A stretch of 20,000 bases of DNA, taken from the NCBI GenBank assembly GCA_050230475.1, contig JBFLGF010000122.1, positions 50,234-70,233 of the forward strand, given 5' to 3'. A model generated the notes under the pieces. It saw only the letters and a program-made list of their open reading frames with translations, did not search any database and had not been told where the DNA came from. Below are positions 11,349 through 20,000 of the stretch, in pieces (within the stretch, counting starts at the first letter, position 1; each line of letters opens with the position of its first letter). This stretch comes from Ancylonema sp. Its lineage: Eukaryota. A program made the translations under genes and the position numbers.

Positions 11349-12464
11349 TCACGTCCATGCGTCCCCAGCTCTATGGGGATTGTAGCCTGCACTCCCCGCA
11401 GCCATCCCCAGAAACACACCAAAGCTGCGACGAGGGGCAAACTTGTCCCCTTGACTGTTCTTTTCCCCCCCAACCTTCAAATATTGGACCAGACACCCGA
11501 AATTATGACATTTATTAACTGTCATTTTCTTCCCCTCCCAGACCTCAATTGGAATTTTCCCAGAAAGCGACTTAGTGGGTGTTCTATTCCTCAACCAGTT
11601 TGCATGTAACAATGCCACGTCCCAATAAGACTTCGGTAGACCTGACCAGATTAAGATGCATCGCATTTTTTCTGTCAGTGTTCGGTTCAGTCTTTCACAG
11701 ATTCCGTTTTGTTCAGGACTATATGCTTCTGTGGTTTGTTTATCAATACCCTTCCCCCCACCGTAGTTTATCCAGTCCTGAGACACATACTCCCCTCCCT
11801 TATCTGTCCGAATAGACTGTAGGGGCAGACCTGACTGGACCTCGAGCAATTGTATAGTGACCTTTGCCCGATTCAGTGCTTCATCCTTTGTTTTTAACAA
11901 GCTCACAAATGACAGACGTGTGGATACCTCGATCCCTGTCTGAGCATATGTATACCCTCCGTTAGCTGACCTTACAGACAGTGGCCCAATGAGATCGAGG
12001 TGAATGCGATCCATCTTGGGGCATGTCCCCAGATCTGCACTGACCTTAGCATGACTGAGCTGAGTCATCTTCCCCTGACAGCAAACCTGACATCCCTTTA
12101 CTTCAGTTAATTCCCCCTGACTTAACTCTGGGATGTCCCCACGTCTGGCGAAATCTGACATCACATCAGAACTGGGGTGACCCAATTTGTGATGCCAGAC
12201 CATGCCTGTGGACAAATTCGCTGTTGTATCATGAGATCCAGGCATAACGATTGTGGCAGCAAGCAGAGTCAGACCACTAGGCTGCTGCAACACATCAGCC
12301 CATTTCACATTTCCCTTGTTTAATTCAGGACCCGTGGGCAGCTGTAGAAAGCTCAGCCCACCTCTTCTGACGAGGCACGATGTCGACACGAGGGTGCAGG
12401 CAAAGGTTGGGGACGTGGATCGAGCCTGAGTGGCTGCACAAAAAAAAGTGTCGCCATTCCTCAC
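11349..12464 (-). pseudogene. pol: Copia integrase (HHCC zinc finger plus rve core), frameshifted at both ends
   Basis: WHHKLGH...CQVC; IHLDLIGP, IRTDKGGEY, EQNGICERLNRTL (D,D35E); LPKSYWDVA..ANWLRNR; FGCLV; the frame continues as DVRFFE in ORF 10828-11358. Confidence 0.95.
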
Positions 12465-12558
12465 TCGGGATGTGCACGAAACCAGTTCCCTCCACCGTGT
12501 GGTGACGAGCCGTCAGCAGGTGGTGATGAAGGCCTGCTGCGTGCTCAGGGTAGGTGTG

Positions 12559-13863
12559 TTACTCCACAAAGTGTTCACGTGCCGTGAATATGTGGTCAGT
12601 AGCACCTGAATCCAGGATCAAGGAGTCTGAGTGAGGACCAGGACATTGCCCGGGCAACATTGAACGTGAGAAAGCACCAAAAGCTAAATAATCCACATTA
12701 GCGTTGAAGGGTTTGTCAGCAAAGCGAGCAAGTCTAGCTTGTGCATCAGCTCTCCTAGCAGCCTCTGGGTTCATTAGAGCCATGTCAGATGTTCTTTTTC
12801 TGCAATGTTCAATTGTGTGACCGACAATGTTGCAATATCTGCACTTCTGCCTCCCCCCTGAACTTCCCTGAGTAGCGTGCGCAACAGTTCCAGCTGCTGG
12901 TGATGTCGCAGGGCATTGCGCAGCTCGGTGGCCTGCCTGATGGCTGTGACACTTTTTCCATGGCCCCGTATGGCCTCCGCCAGATGCTGGTGAAGGGCAG
13001 TTCGCTCTGATGTGCCCAAATTTGTGGCAGTTGAAGCATTCGACGCCTGCAGCGTCTCTGCGACCAGCTCCAGATGCACCACCAGATCTGCTGCTACCTC
13101 CAGCTCCATTCCCCCCCCCAGGTCCGCCATAGTGCGCCTGGTGTCCTCCGGGCAGCGCCCCCCTTTTTCGGTCGTTCAGCTCTTTCCGCACGTCGTCGCG
13201 AAGCAGCGCACTCACGATGTGTGGAATCGTGAAGAGGTGTGGCGACGACTCCGACCATGGCATCAGCGTTGAAACCATCGGACTGTAATGCGTGTTCAGC
13301 GAATTTAGCAGGTTAAACGCCTGCTTCGTTGGAGAAACTGGTGCCCCCAGATTCTTCAGGTCCTGGTGCAGCTGCTGCAGACGCTTCACGTACACGTTGA
13401 GGTCCTCTGCCTCCGTCTGAATGATAGCGCTCAGCAATGCCTCCGTATTTGCGATCTCGATCGCACCCTGCACCTGGTAGAATGTCCGCAGAGCATCCCA
13501 CATGCCGGCAGCTGTTGTGCAGTCCGTGACGTGCGTCAGCTCCGATGGCCCCAGGTGCTTCACGATGTAAGACATAGCAGCCAGATTGTCCTCGTCCCAT
13601 TTCTCGAGCTCCAGAAGCTGCTGGGAAATCTGCTGTTGTCGCACCAACACTTCGACATCCACGTCGATCCCCCTGGCGGCTAATTGCAGCTCGTTATCAG
13701 GTGTCAATGGAAGGATCACGTCTGCGCGACACTTTCGCGGCAAACTGTCCCAGTCCATCACCAAACGGTGCAGTTTCTTGTCCGCCAGCCCATATTTGAC
13801 CTTGAAGGCCCATCCTGTATAATCAGCTCCAGTAAATTGAGGGATTTGCGACCTATCCGACAT
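12559..13863 (-). pseudogene. gag: Copia Gag plus start of aspartic protease; likely start ATG at 13863
   Basis: FTGADYTGWAFK N-terminal motif, AAGMWDALR UBN2-like helix, zinc knuckles CFNCHKFGHIRANC and CRYCNIVGHTIEHC, protease LILDSGATDH. The TAA at 12559-12561 arises from an apparent +1 insertion (ADG..HTVEGTG continues in shifted frames). Confidence 0.93.
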
Positions 13864-14100
13864 TATGGCAGCTATTGTGTAGGACTTCTCAAAAAATTCT
13901 CGCACAGCTCGAGTTCTCAGTGCAATTCCTGCATCAGCACTCAGCTCAGAAACTTGCAGCGCAATATCAGAATTACGTGCAGACCCGAACAACCACGAAT
14001 ATATTTGCGCTCACTGGCAGAATATACCGTTCACAGTACCGCAGCGAAATCGCGTGGAGCCTTTAGTTTTAACCAACACGGCGTCTGAACTAGACCGCAC

Positions 14101-14114
14101 GTGGGCCCATAACC
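14101..14114 (-). promoter_or_regulatory. Primer binding site complementary to the anticodon stem-loop of initiator tRNA-Met (half-tRNA priming)
   Basis: GGTTATGGGCCCAC directly abuts the 5' LTR; the + strand GTGGGCCCATAACC matches the plant-type tRNA-iMet anticodon arm as I recall it. Confidence 0.88.
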
Positions 14115-14573
14115 TATAAGCTTTTGAGTGATTAGACTTGCCGGATTAATTTGGTGGGCGACAAAACGAACCGTACGCAAAAGGATCTCTATCACTGATA
14201 AAGGTTCTCTATCTCAGGAGTTGCGTGTGTGGAACGATTTATTATTGTGATTGCATCGGTGATGGTAATACCCGATGCGCTTTACAGATTGTTGCGTGCC
14301 GACGGTCGGCACAATTGACCGTCGGCCTATCATAGAATGACAGCTCTTCTAAATGTCCGGCACATGCCGGACATTTTTCTGACACGACAAAACTAGCCAG
14401 TCACGACGCTTCGACCAAATAACGTCTCTAAGCGTCGGAAACATGTCAGGTGCCCGGGCACAAACTTGCCCGGCCCCGCATACAGGCACATCTAGAATAT
14501 TGCTCCCGGTTAGAGTAACCGGTCACGCCTGGACTAGCACGCATAACATATGGCTATCCAAAATATTCTAACA
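14115..14573 (-). repeat. 5' LTR (459 bp)
   Basis: Direct repeat of 7987-8441; bordered by the PBS on the inside and TSD ATTAG on the outside. Confidence 0.95.
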
Positions 14574-14845
14574 ATTAGCACAATAATAAAAGGTTTCACA
14601 ACATAGTTGGCTTCGCCCTGCATATTTCGCCCCGCTTTCCGCCCCCGGCGGGCCCGCCCCAGGCGGCGCCCTGGGCAAACAAATTTCCGTCCCGGGCGGA
14701 GCCATATAGGTTTTTTTGGTTTTTTGTGGTAGGATCCCTAGATCATGTACATCTTTTTAAAATTCAAATTCGAAAAGTATTCGAGAATTTAATAACACTA
14801 TGTACGCCTTCCATCTTTACCCGTGTAATATTCTTTTGTATACCT

Positions 14846-14851
<6 letters not shown>

Positions 14852-14879
<28 letters not shown>
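14852..14879 (+). repeat. Poly(A) run, 28 nt
   Basis: Read directly; no TSD identified. Confidence 0.8.
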
Positions 14880-16312
14880 TGCATTATACCACGCCACACC
14901 ACATAGATACATGGGTAACATTAGATGATGTCGGACGTGTGGCGTATGGCGTACACTCTTCAAGAAGACGGTTTTGAACAAAACCGACCATACCTCCACA
15001 TTGCGGCAAATGCTACTTTATGCCCCGCAACCTTCGCCCCGCTTTCCCCCCCTGTGCAATCCCGCTTCGGGCGGTATTCCGGGCGATGTTTTTCTCGCCC
15101 GGGGCGGAGACAACCATGTTTCACTATGTTTTAGAACTTCTATCTGCTAGCAGGGCTTCAGTCATTGACGCAGCGCTTTCTCGTTTTTTTCTGAGGCTCC
15201 CTGCCCCCACATCGTTACTACGTGCCTCGTGGCGGTTTTGTCTGGGAATTGGGTAGTTCCTGCCAGGCATTGGTTGGAGACTTCTGTGAAAAATCCTGGC
15301 GATTCTCGTGAGTGCCTGCTACAGTGTCGCAGGAACACATCCAGGACGCATGTCAGGATTTCTTGTACTGAGATTTCGGAAACTATAAATGCATTTGATT
15401 TCAATTATACCTGTGCCAATGTCGTTGAAAACTCGCCCTTTGGGAGTGATGAAGCCCCTGAAGTTCCACATCACCAATCTGGAATTCAGAACTGCGTTTG
15501 CTGGTTGTTCTCACCGCAGTGTCAGTATTAACAAACAGTTTTGGATTGACATGTCGACTTCCATCGCAGGATCTTCCTAAAGGCCTGAACCTGGTCAACC
15601 GTCAGGCGCCCCCGCCCCGGTCAGGTGCCCCGGCCGTTGATATCGAGCCTACAAGCTACTCACTTTCGGGGCCTGCTCAGACTGGATTGATTCTGGTCTT
15701 CAATCAGAACCAGTACTCCCACCACTGGGCCGGGCTGGGCGCGGTGCCCTTCTGTTTCTCGGATGATTCCATTTCGTGTGCAACGGCGAGTCTTGAAATC
15801 TATTCCTGATTTTCGATGGAGCCGACTCTTCACCACATTGGTATGCGCGTACAGCCAAAAAAAAGTATCGTAGAATACGAACTTTGTGCCGCAACGAATT
15901 GGGCCAGACTGACCATCGTGATGAATGACACACGTGACAAACCAACACCAACTACACTCAAACCTCGATATAAGAAACTTCGTTATAAGAAATCTTATTG
16001 CATCGGGGATTTGAGAGTGTGTACCTTTGCAATAAGAGCCATGCATGTGAGACCTGACGACAAGGAATGTTAAATTTTGCACTGCCACCTTTGTTTGCGG
16101 TGTATCAACTCTAGTCAGTGCCATGATCATCCCACATCTTCCCGTTCTCCTCTCATGACTACCAGTGATGACATCAGCACCAACCTGAACAGCGGCACAA
16201 CAATGACGTGTCATTCCGCATGTACTAATTCCACATCTCAAAAATCAGGAAAACAATGTACTAATTCCTCATTCCTAATTCCTTTTCATGTACTAATTCC
16301 TCTCATGTTCAG

Positions 16313-16753
16313 GGTAGGGAGCCCCGGGCGGAGCCCCTGGCGAAGCCCCGGGCGAAGCCCCAAGGGTACACCTCCGGCGGCGGCAACGGGGTCCTCCTCT
16401 CTATGCTCGTTGCTGGGGGGGCCGCGAGCTTTTACTACTACTATGTCACTGAGGTAGAGCCGAATTATGCGCCACGTGTGATACAGCCTCCACTCACCAC
16501 CCCTTCATCCATCGGGAATGATGAGATCAAGCCGCTGTCTTTTTCGGTCCCGAAGGCGGATGCTGGTGCTAGTGTAGTGGTGGTGTCTGTGAAGGAGGAG
16601 TTGATTTTGAAGGAGCAAAGATTGAAGAAGGATTTGGAAGAATTGAGGGGGATGAAACGGAGCCGTGAAATAGACGCAAAGAAGAAGGACGTTAAAGCAG
16701 AGCTGAAGATTATTCAGACTACCATGAAGGACATTGAGAACAAGTACAAGTAA
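16313..16753 (+). CDS. Probable terminal exon of a small single-pass membrane protein with a C-terminal coiled coil
   Basis: Frame open from 16265. Branch-like TACTAAT, pyrimidine tract and CAG ending at 16312. Translates GREPRAEPLAKPRAKPQGYTSGGGNGVLLSMLVAGGAASFYYYY...KEELILKEQRLKKDLEELRGMKRSREIDAKKKDVKAELKIIQTTMKDIENKYK*. An alternative start is the ATG at 16403. Confidence 0.6.
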   Translation, partial: GREPRAEPLAKPRAKPQGYTSGGGNGVLLSMLVAGGAASFYYYYVTEVEPNYAPRVIQPPLTTPSSIGNDEIKPLSFSVPKADAGASVVVVSVKEELILKEQRLKKDLEELRGMKRSREIDAKKKDVKAELKIIQTTMKDIENKYK

Positions 16754-16843
16754 ATAAAGGATATTGAGAACAAGTACAAATGAATGAAGGATATTGAGAA
16801 CAAGTACAAATGAATGAAGGATATTGAGAACAAGTACAAAAAA
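16724..16843 (+). repeat. 4 x 30-bp tandem repeat covering the last 9 codons plus the stop
   Basis: AT(G/A)AAGGA(C/T)ATTGAGAACAAGTACAA(G/A) followed by TAA, TGA, TGA, AAA. Confidence 0.95.
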
Positions 16844-17506
16844 GAAAGACGGATATTGTCTCTAGATCGTTGAGTTTCATCTTTTTGTTTGATGTTCATT
16901 CCTATGTACATTTTAAGGTCGCTATAATAATCTCGAACTCATGTCGCCCCACATCATCGTGTACAACAACAACAATGCAATGTTCTTGGAGAGCCTTTGC
17001 TGCGTGTGACTCAATGTTTGAATGCCTCCAAACAGCACAAGCATGTTGAAACTAGACTATGTTTTGTGTTCTCCAACTCGTTGTCCGTATCATTTCGGGA
17101 TATTTCGGGACATTGTTTCTTGATTGTAGAATATAATATTTCTGACATTGTCCCTACTCTAGCATGCCAACGACCTTGGGACAACCAACGTTCGGTCGAT
17201 CCTTCCTACTCAACTCTCTTGCTTTTACTTGTGCATTTTAAATTTTGAGTCGTAGGTCTCTGGATTTGCAACACATTTTAGTAAGAGTTGTAGTATAGCT
17301 CCAAGGAAAGGAACTCATCAACGGATTTTTTTTCTCCGTTTACGCAAGCGGAAGTAGAAATCAGGCACCAACGTCGTAATTATAAGATAGGCCATTCGTT
17401 GACATGGTATCATCTTGCCTAAAAAAGTGTGTGGACCTACAAAGACACATCTACTATTGACACATCTACTATTGGTCGCTCTAGTTATAGAGAACAACCG
17501 ACAAAA

Positions 17507-17546
17507 ACCAACCAACCAACCAACCAACCAACCAACCAACCAACCA
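17507..17546. repeat. (CAAC)n microsatellite
   Basis: accaaccaaccaac... about 10 units. Confidence 0.9.
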
Positions 17547-17972
17547 TGGTATTCTCTTGTTATTAGAATCGTCCGCACATGCAAGGTTGGAAAATACTCC
17601 GGTGTAAGGCGGGTGCAATTTGATGTCGTGAAAGTGCACATGAACGGCAAGCAACACCTTAATGAATTCACGAATGAGAAAGCGGATTGATTTTCATCCG
17701 ATGACGATTCAAGGTGGGAGTACCTCGGGGGAAAGATTGTTGTGTTTGCGTGAGGGAGGTACATTGATGACCGGTGCAAAACTTATCTTCATTGGCGTCC
17801 ATAGGGGTGGCGTTGTCATGGACCTATCGGCGCCACACGCTAGAAGATTCACTTACGGCATATGTAACCATATGTAACCACGCGTTGATGAGTAAACAAA
17901 TAAGCACATAATCGACCTCATCCGAGCAGAGAGCTTGGAGCAGGCGAAACAGTATGCCTCGGCATAATTTTA

Positions 17973-18340
17973 GTGGATTTGGCGGGACCTGTCCAACCGG
18001 CGTCGCTTGGTGGCGGGATCTGGAACATGGTGATTGTCGATGAATACAATCGAAAATCTTGGGTGGAAATACTGCGCTTGAAAAGTGACGCAGCTCTTCG
18101 ACTGACAAAATGGATAGCACTCTGGCAGCGACAAAGTGGAAAAGTGGTCAAAAATCTGCGATCTGACAAGGGAGGCGAGTTTATCGATGGTGACTTTCGA
18201 CTCAAAAGTGCGAGACGCTCTTTGATTGGTGTTGTTCCGTGGCCGAGCTCACCTCGTGCTGGCGCACAGTTTGGTGGAGGAGTAGGAAAGTTGCCCATAG
18301 TTGCTCGAATATTACGAGTCATGTTGGAAGACAACCGTTG
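17973..18340 (+). pseudogene. Truncated, degenerate integrase core of a second, distinct copia element
   Basis: VDLAGPVQPASLGGGIWNMVIVDEYNRKSWVEILRLKSDA...KNLRSDKGGEF, a decayed E-helix (..ILRVMLED); no RT/RH downstream. Confidence 0.85.
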
Positions 18341-18898
18341 TGGTATGCCCACTTCCTCACACCGATATTACAAAGTAAACCGAATAATCACATTTTTGGT
18401 GTTGTACACTTGCTACCGGAAAATGGCCATGAAAGGGATGTTGAGGCAACACTTCATCGACACAAGAATACGATGTATTGGGCATGACATGTGCAAGAAC
18501 AATTCATGGTAATGGGAGGATGCCGTACGCATGGTCGTGCAAGAAGGATACCGTTGCACACTTATTTGGCAGGTGACACGTAGGGAGCACCGGGTATCGA
18601 GCACTGGTTTGTGTATACCTTCAAATTGTAATAGAAAAGCATTCGCCCCGATGGAGTCGATATTTGCACTCGCATGAGTGCGTGTATGACTGCATACTTT
18701 CTCTTGTGTGTCTCCATATGCGTGTCCTCGTACAAGTATTTAGTTCCGCATTACTTGGTCCCGCACGCAATGGGGTTTGGCGAACACGTTTTACGCAATT
18801 ACGGATGGAGTATATGCGAAACAATGTGCAGAAAAAAATGTGCACACAACTCTGGTTTTGTCTATGTATGTCTTTGCAGATGTATTATTGTTGGTGTA

Positions 18899-19136
18899 CC
18901 GTACTGGCCACACATAATGACCTGCAAATAATTATGAGAAGGGTGGGTCGGGTCAAATTAAATAATTCAATTCTTCAAAAAAGTGGGTCATTCTATAATG
19001 TGGGTCACCAGATAGTAAATATTTTTCAGGATTTTTAGATTTTTTTTATTGGATGCGCGGGTTGGGTCAAGTGGTGGTTTCTCACTTAAATTAATTCGTT
19101 TCTTAAAACCCGGGTCATTATGTATGGCCACTACGG
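18899..19136. mobile_element. MITE, 238 bp, CCGTA-terminus pogo-like
   Basis: TIR CCGTACTGGCCACACATAATGACC versus revcomp CCGTAGTGGCCATACATAATGACC (22/24); TA at 18897-18898 and 19137-19138; shares CCGTACTGG with 2830-3100. Confidence 0.88.
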
Positions 19137-20000
19137 TATACATTTGAAAATGTGCTTCACCACGCAATTTGTGTGTGTATGCGCGTGTCGTCGCCCATGT
19201 GTGCTTGCAGTGCAAGTTACAACAAGGGGTGAACACACCGCTAAATGAAAACAGAAGGCGTGATACGCATGCCACAATACAAACAACCGCAATACCGTTA
19301 TTGTGGTTGAAACCACACATTAGAGTCATCAACCCATACAACTCAACAAGAGCAAGGTCGGTTGAGTTTACATTAAGAATGTCTCATTGTATCATTTGTA
19401 CTGTCCTAAACCACCATGCCATCGAAGGATATCCTTATGAACTTTCACAGAAATAAGATGACAAACAAGCAGTAAATAAAAATACTTGTACCCCTATTGA
19501 AATCAAACCCAAACTAGTTTTTTTTCAAACAAATTTTGGAACAAATTCCGCTAAATTCTTGTTTGTTCCTCTAGGGTTTTGGTGCGCTTATGCAATTTTG
19601 TTTTGTTGTGCATTATAGTTTTAGGCCTCAAACTATGTTGCTAAATGCCCGGACGGTCCGGGGTTGGTTCATCTATGATTGAAACAAATGCTTCATCTAG
19701 CTTCCCTTGTAGTGCCCACAAGAAAAACACACTAGGCTGTAAAACATACCTCCCCTCATAGCGTCCTCGAAATTGTCCACACCACACTCCCTTCTTCACC
19801 CCCCCATCATTTCTCCCTCCATGCACAACCCCCACGCACTCATGTCATTGTACACGAGCAGGTCGGCGGTACCATCTCCCTTCAGACTTTCATCCTCGCT
19901 CGTCCCCTCAAGTTCAAGCGGGAAAAATGGCGCTACTCCACCCACCCCCGCCTCTCTTTCCAGCCCCACCTCATCCTCCACAATTTTCTCCACCTTCTCC

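Larger units (their letters stand above)
7987..14573 (-). mobile_element. Full-length Ty1/copia LTR retrotransposon, decayed, 6587 bp
   Basis: Two ~455-bp LTRs, TSD ATTAG (7982-7986 and 14574-14578), PBS, PPT, and gag-PR-IN-RT-RH domain order on the minus strand. Confidence 0.97.

Noticed and set aside
10887..11609. Poly-Q, poly-S, poly-C and poly-L ORFs
   Set aside because: Alternative or antisense frames of the GCA-rich linker minisatellite in pol.
12559..12561. Programmed readthrough or frameshift between gag and pol
   Set aside because: The stop lies inside the protease domain after DSG and is followed by several more single-base shifts; decay or sequencing error fits better.
14852..14879. 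Poly(A) here, or poly(T) at 6714-6741, as a SINE/LINE tail
   Set aside because: No TSD, Pol III boxes or LINE ORF found next to either run.
16724..16843. 30-bp repeats as a CRISPR array
   Set aside because: Head-to-tail copies with no unique spacers, inside a coding frame, no cas genes, eukaryotic context.

Overview
Eukaryotic, repeat-dense window; a green-lineage host is suggested by a plant-type tRNA-iMet primer match and GTGAG/GTGCG introns (inference). The main feature is a full-length but frameshift-riddled Ty1/copia LTR retrotransposon on the minus strand (7987-14573, 5-bp TSD ATTAG). It has non-canonical TG...TA LTR ends, a half-tRNA-iMet primer site, three Gag zinc knuckles and an HVDD RT motif. 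To its left are a six-exon minus-strand gene that the ORF track misses (~640-1640), a triple-nested stack of TA-flanked MITEs (1779-3186), a non-autonomous hAT element carrying three copies of an acidic exon (3340-4655), another MITE, and traces of an old long-TIR element. To its right are a probable terminal exon encoding a TM plus coiled-coil protein whose last 10 codons, stop included, are tandemly repeated four times, a truncated second copia integrase relic, and one more MITE. I see no prokaryotic-type system (no CRISPR, rRNA or tRNA gene). The novelty here is in unusual element features and mutation patterns, not a clearly new system.
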